NCBI GenBank assembly: GCA_963730185.1 | Contig: CAVSQW010000006.1 | Coordinates: 320,001 to 384,000 of the forward strand | Length of the DNA: 64,000 nucleotides | Direction of reading: 5' to 3' | Origin: an uncultured Gemmatimonadales bacterium | GTDB taxonomy: Bacteria; Gemmatimonadota; Gemmatimonadetes; Gemmatimonadales; GWC2-71-9 | Shown here: positions 28,829 to 40,509 of the stretch, piece after piece | How positions within the stretch are numbered: the first letter of the stretch is position 1 | How the letters are laid out: every line of letters starts with the position of its first letter | The notes under the pieces: model-generated | Databases searched by the model: none | Seen by the model: only the letters and a program-made list of their open reading frames with translations | What the model was told of the DNA's origin: nothing | Made by a program: the position numbers and the translations under genes

Positions 28829-29661
28829 GCCACGCCTCCCTGTCCGAGCTTCCGGTAGCGGAAGCCGCCCCAGAGCGCCGCGCCGATGGCGCCGGCGAAG
28901 ATCGCCTGGTCGTGCGTCATGACCTCGACGGCGGCCGCCTCGGCGCCGAGCCGTTTGACCAGCGCGTCACGCAGGGCGGCAAGCAGGCCCGGGTCGCCGG
29001 CCAAGCCACCGCTCACGAACACGACGCCGTCGAGGTGCAACGATCGGAGCAACCGCGCGAACCGATCGGCCATGCTCTCGTGTACCCCCCGGAGGATGTC
29101 CGCCGTGGCGATCCCCCGGGAGACCATGTTGATCACGTCGGTCTCGGCCAGCACCGCGCAGATCGAGCTCACCTTCTCCGGCTGCTTGGCCTGGAGCGAG
29201 AGAGGTCCGATTTCGTCGTGCGAAACTCCCAAATACCGGGCGATGTTCTCCAGAAACTGACCCGAGCCCGAGGCGCACTGGCTGGTCATCTTGTAGTCCG
29301 TGACCCGACCCCGCGGGTCCATCGCGACCGCTCTGGTGTGCAGCGCGCCGACGTCCAACACCGCCCGCGACCGGGGCTCCAGATAGAGCGCCCCGCGCGC
29401 GTGCGTCGTCATCCCGTAGAAGTGGCCGGTGGCGAAGGGGACCTCCTCCCCCTCCCCCGTCGTCGCGATGTAGTCGATGTGATCCACACCCGCCTCGGTG
29501 CGGGCCGCCTCGAACACCTCGTCGATCACCTTGGCGACCTCTCGGCGGCGGATTCGGGCCGAGGTTCGGCTCAACAGCTGCTCCATGCCTGCGTCGTCGG
29601 TCGCCATGAAGACCGTCTTGACGGCGCCACTTCCCACGTCGATGCCCGCGCTGATTTGCAT
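28810..29661 (-). CDS. bcrD: Benzoyl-CoA reductase subunit D
   Basis: GIDVGSGAVK, GHFYGMTTHARGA, KMTSQCASGSGQFLENIARYLG, SSICAVLAETDVINMVSRG. Confidence 0.93.
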   Translation of the reverse strand: MQISAGIDVGSGAVKTVFMATDDAGMEQLLSRTSARIRRREVAKVIDEVFEAARTEAGVDHIDYIATTGEGEEVPFATGHFYGMTTHARGALYLEPRSRAVLDVGALHTRAVAMDPRGRVTDYKMTSQCASGSGQFLENIARYLGVSHDEIGPLSLQAKQPEKVSSICAVLAETDVINMVSRGIATADILRGVHESMADRFARLLRSLHLDGVVFVSGGLAGDPGLLAALRDALVKRLGAEAAAVEVMTHDQAIFAGAIGAALWGGFRYRKLGQGGVAWAATN

Positions 29662-30933
29662 CAGGCCACCATCCGATGCGCAAAGAGGGCCGCGCCCCAC
29701 GCCCCGGTGAAGATGCTGTCGGGCGAGATGTTGATGGTCCGCTCGCCGTAGTTCTCCTGCACCAGCTCCCGCACCGCCCGGACCGCCGCCGGGTTCTTGG
29801 CGACACCGCCGGTGAAGGTGAACTCGTCGGAGACGCCTCCCGAGCGCGCCAGGAGGCTCATCGCGCGAAGGATGATCGCCCGATGGAGACCGGCCAGGAT
29901 GTCCTCCCGACGCTCACCGAGGGAGAGCAGCTCCCGAAGCTCGGCCCCGGCGAACACCGTACAGGTCGAATTGATCTTGACGCAGCGGGTCGACTGCTCG
30001 GCCAGGGGGCCGAGCTCGTGGAGGCCCAGGTTCATTTCGTCCGCGATGTACCCCAGATACCGGCCGCAGCCGGCCGCGCACCGGTCGTTCATCTGAAAGC
30101 CGGTCACGATGCCCTGGCCGTCCACCTGAATGGCCTTGGTGTCCTGCCCACCGATGTCCAGCACCGTGCGCGAGGCTGGGAACATCGCGTGCGCCCCCAA
30201 CCCGTGGCAGAGAATCTCGGAGCGGATCTGCTCCTTGGGGAACGGCAGCCGGGCCCGGCCATAGCCGGTGCCGACCGTGGCGGCCGGTTCCAGGTCGGCC
30301 GCCATCGCCGCGTCGACCGCCGCCGCCAACTCCGGCGGCGCCTTGAGCCGTTTGAGGGCGGAGCCGATGTGGTCTCGGAAGTCGAGCGCCAGCGGCTCGT
30401 TCTCGACCCGGATGATGCACTTGTCGTAGACCCCCACCAGGTGGTCGAACGACACCCCGTTGGGATCGGCCACCAGCTCGGCCAGCCGCATGAAGGCCGA
30501 CCCGGCCGCGTCCCGGAAGAAGTCGGACCGCGGCGGGGGCTGGAGCTGCTTGAAGCGATGCTCCTCCTCCTCGACGATCCGGCGGCAGATGGTGCCGATC
30601 GCCGCCGCGAAGGCGGGCCGGGACCGGGATCCGGATCGCTCGACCTCTTCCAGCATCAGCGCTTCCAGGTGCCGGCAGCTGGTGCAGCGTCTGCTCCAGG
30701 CGAAAGGCCCGCCGCAGCCGCTGCACCTGCACCGCACCGATCTCCCCCTCGACCCGCTTCTGGACCAGGGCGAACCGGGCGTTGATGAACGCCTCGGTCC
30801 GAGCGACCCCGGCGGCCAGGTCGTAGTTCGATCGCGAGTTGGTGATGCCCCGCCCGAGTACCTCCTGGCGCTCGTCGAGGATCACCGCCTTGGTGGTGGT
30901 GGAGCCGAGATCGATCCCGATGACGCAGCTCAT
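29661..30933 (-). CDS. bcrA: Benzoyl-CoA reductase subunit A, one frameshift near 30670
   Basis: [54 protein letters not shown]. Confidence 0.92.
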
Positions 30934-32211
30934 ACCGCGGCCACCTCTCCGGCGCGCCGCGCCTCGATCATCTGGAAATAGCTCTCCAGCCGGTTCTTGA
31001 TGTTCGCGGCCCCGAAATAGCGGGGATCGACCAGGTCGGACTCGATGAAGCCGCCGGGGATCCCGGTTCGAGCCTCGACTTCGCGAAGCATCATCAGCTG
31101 ACCGGCGGAGAAGGAGTTGCAGGACTTGACCGAATTGATCAGGAAGCCATCGGCCTCGTACTCACGGACGTAGCGGGCCAGCATCTCGATCCGGGAGGGG
31201 AGGTTGAGGTTGGTGTAGCAGCCGCTGCAGTAGTCGGCCATCGTCCCGATCGGATCGTCGGGATCATGACGGAACCCGAAGTCGTAGGTGCCGCCGACCT
31301 TGGTGTAGGTCGACGCCACCACCACCGCGCCCTCATCGGCAAACATCTTCCAGAAGTCGCGGAAGTGGGTCCAGTTGGGCGGCCCCTCCACCACCAGCCG
31401 ATACTTCTGATCGTTGAGCGGCCCCTCGGGGGTGATCGGTCCGAGGCCCAGACGGATCCGCTCCTCGATCTCGGCTCGGAGGGCGCGGTAGTACTCGACC
31501 CCCTCGGGGGTGCCCCGGAACGCGCTGAAGATCGGCCCGACGTAGTACACCGTTCCGAAGTAGCCGTCGATCGGACTCGGTCGCCGCTTCGCCGCGTGCA
31601 GCACCGCGACCAGGTCGTCCTCGGCCTGGGCAGCCAGAGCCAGCCGCTCCCGGAGCTTGTCCTCGTCGTACTTGCGGCCGGTGGCCTGCTTCCAGCGCCG
31701 GGATCACCTGCTCGCGGAGCTGCCGGATCATGTAGCTCCCGGTGCTCCGGCTCGAGCCGCCCATCACCCTGGTAGGGCACGTGGAAGAAGACGATGGGGC
31801 AGTCGTACTCCTCGCGGAGCAGCTCGAACCACTTCATGAAGGTGTAGCAGCCGGTGTAGGACAGCAGCAGCAGGTCGGGCTTGGGGAGCCGGGTACCGGC
31901 CGGACCGATGTTGCCGGACTTGAGCATGCCGAGGTCGCACTTGACGTAGGTGCAGACGTCTTCCGAATGCCCCGCCCGCTCCGCCTCCGCGATGTAGTCG
32001 GCGGAAAGCTTCCGCATGCCGGACTGCAGTGCATTGATCTCCGGCAGCACCGGCAGGGCGTCGAACGACCGGATCAGCTCCGCCAGGTTGCCGGGAACGA
32101 AGGTGTAGACCACCGGCTCGCCGGTCTCGGCGCCCGCTCCAGCCGCTCGAAATGCTCCGCGATCATCTCCTTCTGGAGCACCATCGAGCGGTCCTTCAGG
32201 GCCTCCGCCAT
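30930..32211 (-). CDS. bcrB: Benzoyl-CoA reductase subunit B, about 3 frameshifts
   Basis: SMVLQKEMIA, TFVPGNL, GHSEDVCTYVK, SYTGCYTFMKWFE, INSVKSCNSFSAGQ, ESDLVDPRYF. Confidence 0.92.
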
Positions 32212-33377
32212 TATGCACCTCCCCACAGCTTGATCGAGTCGGAGAACGTGCCTGCCTGCTCCCGGTACTGTTGGAACTGCCCCGTGTTCTCCGAATACTT
32301 GAAGGCGATGCACGGGATGCCCGCCGCCTCGGCGCCGGTCCGCAACATCGGCTGATCGAGAAGGGCGGGGTCACAGAAGCTCGGGGCGGCGAAGATGATC
32401 CCGTCGGCCCGCGCGGCCGCGACCCGCTCCCGCATCAGGCGCCGCTTGCCGGCGGGGTCCGGCTCGTACAGCACCGAGGTGTGGAGGTTGTTGCCCACCA
32501 GCGCCTCGGCGAGCGCTCGCACCGGATCACCGTCCAACGAGACGTCGCCCTGGAGGAACCGATTGCCGAGCACAAAGTCGTCGTCGACGATGTAGCAGCC
32601 GGCCCGCTCGATCGACTTGATCAGGCCCAGAGGCGGCTGCTCGCAGAACGCACCCGTCACCACGACCCGGCTGTTGTCCCGGAGCCGGCCCGGCTCCTCC
32701 GCCACCGCTTCGAGGTAGCGGCTCGCCTGGCTCAGGAACTCCGATGCCGGCGCCACCTCACCCGCCCGCATCAGCAGATAGAGCTCTTCGCTGGGGACGT
32801 CCGCCGGTCGCTCCCGCCGGGCGTCGTAGAGCGAGCGCACCATGCGACGGACCTCGTTGTACAACGCGAGCGAGCCGCGGAGCTCGGACTCGGTGGGCGG
32901 CCGCCCCGACCGCTCCCCGAGATCGGCGATGACGTGCCGCAGCTCGGCTTCCCAGAAATCGGTCGCCAGGGCGCGATCGGGCGCCTGAGGAACGTCCATG
33001 TACCGGACATAGAGGTCCGGATAGAGCAGCTTCCAGATCCCGGAGAGGTTCCGGATGACGTCGCAGGTCGACGGGAAGAGAATCGCCGACAGGAAATCGA
33101 GCCGCCCGGACTGGGCCAGCTCGATCACCGACCGCGGGAGGTGACAGATATAGGACTGATAGAAGGCGTCGCCTCGGATGATCTCGAGACGGTCGCCGCC
33201 GCCGTGGATCCCTACGGGATGGTAGCCACAGGCGTGCAGCAGCTCGCGGGGAGCATAGACCGGCAGGTAGCCACCGGCCAGGCGGCCGGGCTCCTCGGCC
33301 AACCAGCTCCGGACCGAGGTGAAGTCGAGGTCTTCGTACAGGCCCCGAGCCCAATCAACCACAGTGGCTCGCGACAC
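32211..33377 (-). CDS. bcrC: Benzoyl-CoA reductase subunit C
   Basis: LYEDLDF, GDAFYQSYICH, FPSTCDVIRNLSG, PSFCDPALLD, EQAGTFSDSIKLW; GTG start with GGAGG RBS. Confidence 0.93.
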   Translation of the reverse strand: MSRATVVDWARGLYEDLDFTSVRSWLAEEPGRLAGGYLPVYAPRELLHACGYHPVGIHGGGDRLEIIRGDAFYQSYICHLPRSVIELAQSGRLDFLSAILFPSTCDVIRNLSGIWKLLYPDLYVRYMDVPQAPDRALATDFWEAELRHVIADLGERSGRPPTESELRGSLALYNEVRRMVRSLYDARRERPADVPSEELYLLMRAGEVAPASEFLSQASRYLEAVAEEPGRLRDNSRVVVTGAFCEQPPLGLIKSIERAGCYIVDDDFVLGNRFLQGDVSLDGDPVRALAEALVGNNLHTSVLYEPDPAGKRRLMRERVAAARADGIIFAAPSFCDPALLDQPMLRTGAEAAGIPCIAFKYSENTGQFQQYREQAGTFSDSIKLWGGA

Positions 33378-33466
33378 AGCCCGTGCCTCCGATCTTGCAA
33401 CGGGCCGTCCGGAGCACCCCACCCCACCCCCCCGACTCGCCAACCCCTGCCGGCCCGGACGGGCCC

Positions 33467-33495
33467 TAGAAAACAGAACGAACGTTCGATATAAT
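33467..33495 (+). promoter_or_regulatory. Overlapping divergent promoter for the HADH-ECH gene, containing an operator
   Basis: TAGAAA-N17-TATAAT; spacer holds GAAC-GAAC-GTTC (33476-33487). Confidence 0.6.
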
Positions 33496-33519
33496 ACGAA
33501 ACCGCCCAACGGCGGTCAA
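33491..33519 (-). promoter_or_regulatory. Sigma70-type promoter of the bcr operon
   Basis: TTGACC (33519-33514)-N17-TATTAT (33496-33491). Confidence 0.75.
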
Positions 33520-33587
33520 GGGGTCCCCTCCCCTCCGAAGCATGCCGTTCGTTCCTTTGCGCCCGGGTGCCCCGGGGGGAGTCACGT

Positions 33588-35609
33588 GTGACCTATCGCT
33601 CGCCCGCCATCGTTCTGTCGAAGATCGGGATCGTCGGATCGGGGCAGATCGGTCCCGACATCGCCCTCTATTTCGCCAAGGCCCTTCAGTCCCATGGGGT
33701 GACCGTCGAGGTCGTCGATATCGCGCCTGATGCGCTCGAGCGGGGCCGGGCCAAGCTGGCTCAGAAGGTGGAGAAGGGCCGTGAAACCGGCGCCTTCAAG
33801 CCGGCCGAGGCGGAGGCCATCGTTCGGGCCGTGACGTTCTCGAGCGACTACGGCCGGCTCGCCGGCTCCGACCTGGTGATCGAGGCGGCGACCGAGAACG
33901 TCACGACCAAGCGCCGGATCTTCGCCCAGCTGGAGCAGCTCTGCGCGCCCGACGCGCTGCTGGCATCGAACTCCTCCCACCTTCCCCCGGAAGACATCTT
34001 CGCCGAGCTCGCGCATCCCGAGAGGGCGCTGGTGATCCACTACTTCTTTCCGGCGGAGCGGAATCCCCTGGTGGAGATCGTCCCCGGCCGTCGCACCCAG
34101 CCCGCCGTGGCCGACCGGCTGATGGCATTCTACGAAGCCCTCGGGAAGGTGCCGATCCTGGTCCGGAGCCGGTACGGCTATGCCGTCGACCCGGTGTTCG
34201 AAGGCCTGTTCCTCGCCGCCGCGTTCGCCGTGGAGGCCGGTCTGGGCACCACCCGCGAGGTCGACGCGGCCGCCCGGCGGGCGCTGGGATTGGGGGTCGG
34301 GCCGTTCACCGCCATCAACCTGACCGGCGGCAACCCGATCACCGACCACGGCCTCGACGAGATGCAGCGGCGCTTCGGCGGGTGGTTCCGGTCACCGCGC
34401 CTCATGAAGGAGGCGATTGCCTCCGGCCGCCCCTGGGAGGTTCCCGGTCGCGGAGAAAAGGTCACGCTCAGCGCCGACGCCGAGCGGCGGATCGCCGAGT
34501 GGATGCAGGGCGCCTACTTCGGATTGGTGGGCCAGGTGCTCGATACCGGCATCGTCGCGCTCGAGGATCTGGAGATGGCGATCGAGCTCGGCCTGGCAAT
34601 GCGCCCGCCGTTCGGCTTCATGAACGAGGTCGGGCCGGCCCGCGCCCTGAAGCTCGTCGAAGCGTTCGCGGCGACCAACCCGGACTTCAGCGTGCCGACC
34701 TGCCTGACCCGCCAGGCCCGCTCGGGGCGGCCCTTCCCGATCCCGCAGGTCCTCCGTCGCGATGAGGGCGATGTGGCGGTGCTGACGATCCGGCGGCCCC
34801 GGGTCTTGAACGCGCTCGACGAGGAAGTCTACCGACAGCTGACGGATCATTTCACGACCATTCGCGACGATCCCGCCGTCGCGGCCGTCGTTCTCACCGG
34901 CTTCGGCACCAAGGCGTTCGTCTCGGGCGCCGACGTCAACTTTCTCGCCCGGATCCAAACGGTGGAGGAAGGCATCGCCACCTCCGAGCGGTCCAAGGTG
35001 CCTGGGGGCCTGATCGAACAGCTCGGCAAACCGGTCATCTGCGCGCTCAACGGCTCCGCGATCGGTGGCGGCAACGAGCTGGCCATGTGCTGCACCGCCA
35101 GAATCGCGCGGCGGGGGCTCAAGGTCGCCGCGTCCCAGCCGGAGGCGAACCTTGGCATCGTACCGGGCGCTGGGGCGACCCAGCGATTGCCCCGCTTGGT
35201 GGGGGTCGAACGGGCGGCCGAGATGCTCCGGACCGGGCGGCCGCTCTCCGGAGCCGAGGCCGTCGAGTGGGGCCTGATCCGGGCCGAGGTCGACGGCGAC
35301 GTGGTCATCGCGGCGATCCGGCTGGCGCGGGCGGCGGCCACGGGGGAAGTCACGCTCCGTCCGATCGACCCGGCGCCGATGACGACTCCCGATACCTTGC
35401 CAGCTGTCGACCTCGGGCACCTGAGTCAGGCTACGGACGCCCTGATCTGTCAGGCGGTAATCGAGGGATGTCGCCTCCCGTTGCCGCTGGGACTGCGGTT
35501 CGAGTCCGAGATGTTCGGGGCGTGCTGTGCCACGGACGACATGCGGATCGGGGTCGACAACTTCATCGAGCGGGGCCCGCGGTCACAGGCCGTGTTCGCG
35601 CACCACTGA
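33588..35609 (+). CDS. 3-hydroxyacyl-CoA dehydrogenase / enoyl-CoA hydratase fusion (lower pimelyl-CoA pathway candidate)
   Basis: GSGQIG, IEAATE, ASNSSH, HYFFPAERN; C-terminal crotonase FVSGAD, GGGNE, QPEANLG. Confidence 0.88.
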   Translation: MTYRSPAIVLSKIGIVGSGQIGPDIALYFAKALQSHGVTVEVVDIAPDALERGRAKLAQKVEKGRETGAFKPAEAEAIVRAVTFSSDYGRLAGSDLVIEAATENVTTKRRIFAQLEQLCAPDALLASNSSHLPPEDIFAELAHPERALVIHYFFPAERNPLVEIVPGRRTQPAVADRLMAFYEALGKVPILVRSRYGYAVDPVFEGLFLAAAFAVEAGLGTTREVDAAARRALGLGVGPFTAINLTGGNPITDHGLDEMQRRFGGWFRSPRLMKEAIASGRPWEVPGRGEKVTLSADAERRIAEWMQGAYFGLVGQVLDTGIVALEDLEMAIELGLAMRPPFGFMNEVGPARALKLVEAFAATNPDFSVPTCLTRQARSGRPFPIPQVLRRDEGDVAVLTIRRPRVLNALDEEVYRQLTDHFTTIRDDPAVAAVVLTGFGTKAFVSGADVNFLARIQTVEEGIATSERSKVPGGLIEQLGKPVICALNGSAIGGGNELAMCCTARIARRGLKVAASQPEANLGIVPGAGATQRLPRLVGVERAAEMLRTGRPLSGAEAVEWGLIRAEVDGDVVIAAIRLARAAATGEVTLRPIDPAPMTTPDTLPAVDLGHLSQATDALICQAVIEGCRLPLPLGLRFESEMFGACCATDDMRIGVDNFIERGPRSQAVFAHH

Positions 35610-35833
35610 CCCTCTGGTGGGGGAGGAAGCTCAGGACTCGTCGACCCGGTCCCGAACGACCTCCCCGCGCCAATCATCCAGAAGACGGCGGGTAGCTTCG
35701 GGCACGGCGAGCGAACCCCTCTTCGGCGTTCTGGAACTCGGCCCGCCGGCGGCGAGCCCGCGCTCGACGTCAGAGGACGGTCCCCGCCAGATTCCAGACA
35801 GCCACGACCCACGACCCCAGGCCTCGAGGACGA

Positions 35834-36322
35834 ATGGTTTACCACGAGCTGACGCCCGGCCGTATCATCCACGGAGGGTCCCGCGAGGTCACCGAACGCG
35901 AGATCGTCGAGTTCGCCGAACGGTACGATCCCCAGCCCTTTCACACCGATCCCAAGGCGGCCGCCGCCAGCCGTTGGAACGGGCTCATCGCGAGCGGATG
36001 GATGACCTGCGCGATCGCCATGGAGTTGGTGGCCCGGGAGATTCTCCCGGGCTCCGAATCGACCGGGTCACCCGGAGTCGAGGCAATCGAATGGCCAGCG
36101 CCGGTCCGACCTGGTGACCGTCTCGAGCTCACCGTGACCGTCCTCGCGTCCCGGATCTCGAGCTCCGGGAAGATCGGGATCGTTCGCTGGCGCTGGGAGC
36201 TGCACAACCAGCACCGGATGCTGGTCTTGCGCTTGGTCGGCACGAGCTTCTTCGACGTCACCGCTCCAGCGGTGACCTCGCCTTCGGGCGGACCAACCGA
36301 ACCGGGCTCGACGCCCGGCTGA
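35834..36322 (+). CDS. MaoC-family dehydratase
   Basis: FAERYDPQPFHTD, LIASGWMT, PVRPGD. Confidence 0.88.
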   Translation: MVYHELTPGRIIHGGSREVTEREIVEFAERYDPQPFHTDPKAAAASRWNGLIASGWMTCAIAMELVAREILPGSESTGSPGVEAIEWPAPVRPGDRLELTVTVLASRISSSGKIGIVRWRWELHNQHRMLVLRLVGTSFFDVTAPAVTSPSGGPTEPGSTPG

Positions 36323-36349
36323 CCCGGACCGTCGCCCCACGCCAGCCGC

Positions 36350-36399
36350 TTGACCGCCGTTCCCGGCCACGATAGAATCGTTCTCGAACACTCGTTCGA
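36350..36399 (+). promoter_or_regulatory. Promoter and palindromic operator of the hydrolase-boxCB operon
   Basis: TTGACC-N17-TAGAAT (36350-36378); TCGAAC-ACTC-GTTCGA (36384-36399) at the predicted +1. Confidence 0.75.
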
Positions 36400-36501
36400 A
36401 TTTCATCGAGGAGCGCCCGCTGCAATGACCGACCCGCCGACCCTGAATCGAGCCAGCGGCTCGACCGCCTGTTCGCCTGCCGCGAGCGGCGTCGGCACGA
36501 G

Positions 36502-37326
36502 ATGAGGACCGATCGAATCACCGTCGACGGGGTGACCCTGGAGAGCCGCTGGATCGGGCCGGGGCCGGCCGACGCGCCTACGATCGTGATGCTCCATGAG
36601 GGACTCGGCTCGGCCGGGCTCTGGGGCCGCTTTCCCGACGAGCTTGCCCGGGTGAGCGGATGTGGAGTCTTCGTCTATTCGCGCGCGGGCTATGGCCGAT
36701 CCGATCCGATTGCTTTGCCTCGTCCCCTGAGCTACATGCACGACGAGGCGCTCGGCGTGTTGCCGAGCGTGCTGTCGTTGATCGGCTTCGAGCGGGGCCT
36801 GCTCCTGGGACACAGCGACGGTGCCTCGATCGCCACCCTCTATGCCGGCGGCATCGAGGACCACCGGGTGCGCGGCCTGATTCTCCTCGCCCCCCATTTC
36901 TTCGTCGAGGAGCTGGGGATCCGGAGCATCGAGCAGGCCCGATCGGCGTACCAGGAGGGCGATCTTCGTGAGCGCCTCGCCCGCCACCATGGGGACAACG
37001 TGGACACCGCGTTTTGGGGCTGGAGCCGCGCCTGGCTCGATCCCGAGTTTCGCGGGTGGGACATTCGCGAGTCCCTGGGTTACATCCGGGTCCCGATCCT
37101 CATCGTTCAGGGCACGGCGGATCAGTACGGCACCACGGCCCAGATCGAGGCCGCGCAGGAGGAGACCTACTGCCCCGTGGACGTGGCGCTGATCGACGGT
37201 GCGGGTCACGCCCCTCACCTGGAGCGGCCGGTCGAGACGGTGACCGCGGTCGCCACCTTTCTCGAAACGCTGCTCGTGACGATGGGCGAAGGTGCTCGGT
37301 CGGCGGCGGGAGGCTCGACCCCATGA
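36502..37326 (+). CDS. Alpha/beta hydrolase associated with box genes
   Basis: LHEGLGS, GHSDG nucleophile, DQYG, GHAPH; ATGA-coupled to boxC. Confidence 0.88.
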   Translation: MRTDRITVDGVTLESRWIGPGPADAPTIVMLHEGLGSAGLWGRFPDELARVSGCGVFVYSRAGYGRSDPIALPRPLSYMHDEALGVLPSVLSLIGFERGLLLGHSDGASIATLYAGGIEDHRVRGLILLAPHFFVEELGIRSIEQARSAYQEGDLRERLARHHGDNVDTAFWGWSRAWLDPEFRGWDIRESLGYIRVPILIVQGTADQYGTTAQIEAAQEETYCPVDVALIDGAGHAPHLERPVETVTAVATFLETLLVTMGEGARSAAGGSTP

Positions 37327-39006
37327 CGACGGCCACCGCCCGCGGCTCGGAGCCAAGGATCGACTTCCAGACCCGGCCGGACGACTACCGGCACTGGAGG
37401 CTCGAGATCGACGGGCCGATCGCCTTTCTCACCATGGCCGTGTCGGAGGCCGGCGGCCTGTTTCCCGGCTACGAGCTCAAGATGAACTCGTACGACCTGG
37501 GCGTCGACATCGAGCTCCACGACGCGGTGCAGCGGCTCCGCTTCGAACACCCGGCGGTCAAGGTGGTGGTGCTCCGGTCCGCGCTGGAGCGGGTCTTCTG
37601 CGCCGGCGCGAATATCCGGATGCTCTCGCAGGCGAGCCACCCTCACAAGGTCAACTTCTGCAAGTTCACCAACGAGACCCGGAACGCGATCGAGGACGGC
37701 GGGCGCCGAGAGCGGTCAGCGCTACCTGGCGGCGGTGAGCGGCAGCGCGGCGGGCGGCGGCTACGAGCTCGCCTTGGCGGCCGACCACATCATGCTGGTG
37801 GACGATCGGAGCTCATCGGTCTCGTTTCCCGAGACGCCGCTGCTCGCGGTGCTACCGGGGACCGGCGGCCTCACCCGTCTGGTCGACAAGCGCAAGGTCC
37901 GCCGCGACCGGGCCGACGTGTTCTCGACCCTCGAGGAAGGCATTCGGGGCCAGCGGGCGGTGGCGTGGCGGCTCGTCGACGAGGCGGTCCCCAAGTCGGC
38001 CTGGGACTCCGCCGTCCGCGCTCGCGCCCTCGAGCTGGCGGACCGGTCGGATCGTCCGGACGGCGCCAGCGGCGTGGTGCTCCATCCGCTCCAGCGGACC
38101 TTCGGCGCCGACCGGGTGAGCTACCGCTACGTCGAGGTCGAGATCGACCGCGCCGGACGCCTCGCCCATCTTCGAGTACGGGGTCCCGCCGAATCGGCGC
38201 CGGCATCCCCGGAGCAGATCGCGGTCGAGGGCGATCGGTTCTGGCCGCTCGCCCTGGCTCGGGAGCTGGACGACGCCATCCTCCACCTCCGGCTGAACGA
38301 GCCGGAGATCGGTCAGCTCCTGCTGCACACGAGCGGCGACCCCGTGGCGGTGCAGTCGTACGATGCCCTGCTCGAGGCGGGCGTGGGGGACTGGCTGGTG
38401 CGCGAGATTCGCCTTCTCTGGAAGCGGGTGCTGAAGCGGCTCGACCTGACCTCCCGTACTCTGATCGCGTTGATCGAGCCGGGCAGCTGCTTCGCGGGAA
38501 CGCTGGCCGAGCTGGCGTTCGCGGCCGATCGGTCGGTGATGGTGGATGGCACCCTGAGCGGCGACCCCTACCCCGCCCCGGTCCTGGTGCTGGGCTCGAC
38601 CAACTTCGGGACCTACCCCATGAGCAACGGACTCTCCCGACTCGCGACCCGATTCCTGGGCGAGCCCGAGAGCGTCGGGCGCGCCCGGGAACGGCTTGGT
38701 GAGCCGCTCGACGCCGAGTCCGCCGACACGCTCGGGCTCGTGACCTTCATCTTCGACGACACCGACTGGGCCGACGAGATCCGGATCATGCTGGAGGAGC
38801 GCGCCAGCTTCTCGCCCGACGCGCTCACCGGCATGGAGGCCAATCTCCGCTTCGCCGGACCCGAAACGATGGAAACCAAGATCTTCGGACGCTTGACCGC
38901 CTGGCAGAACTGGATCTTCCAGCGACCCAACGCGGCCGGCGACGAGGGCGCGCTCAAGCGCTACGGCACGGGCGTGCAGCCGACCTACGACCGGAAGCGG
39001 GTGTGA
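37323..39006 (+). CDS. boxC: 2,3-epoxybenzoyl-CoA dihydrolase, frameshift near 37700
   Basis: YELKMNSYDLGVDIEL, KVNFCKFTNETRN, SPDALTGMEANLRF, LTAWQNWIFQRPNA. Confidence 0.93.
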
Positions 39007-39009
39007 TCG

Positions 39010-40458
<1,449 letters not shown>

Positions 40459-40509
40459 GCGAAGATCGGACGCGGCCGGGCCGCGCCGGTTCACGCCGCC
40501 GAGCCGTCC

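Noticed and set aside
30660..32140. Programmed frameshifting in bcrA/bcrB
   Set aside because: No consistent slippery sites; several scattered indels fit sequencing error better.
36384..36399. SOS (LexA) box interpretation of GAAC-N4-GTTC
   Set aside because: The sites are at catabolic promoters and I saw none before the Fpg/AlkA genes; a TetR operator is more parsimonious, though LexA is not excluded.
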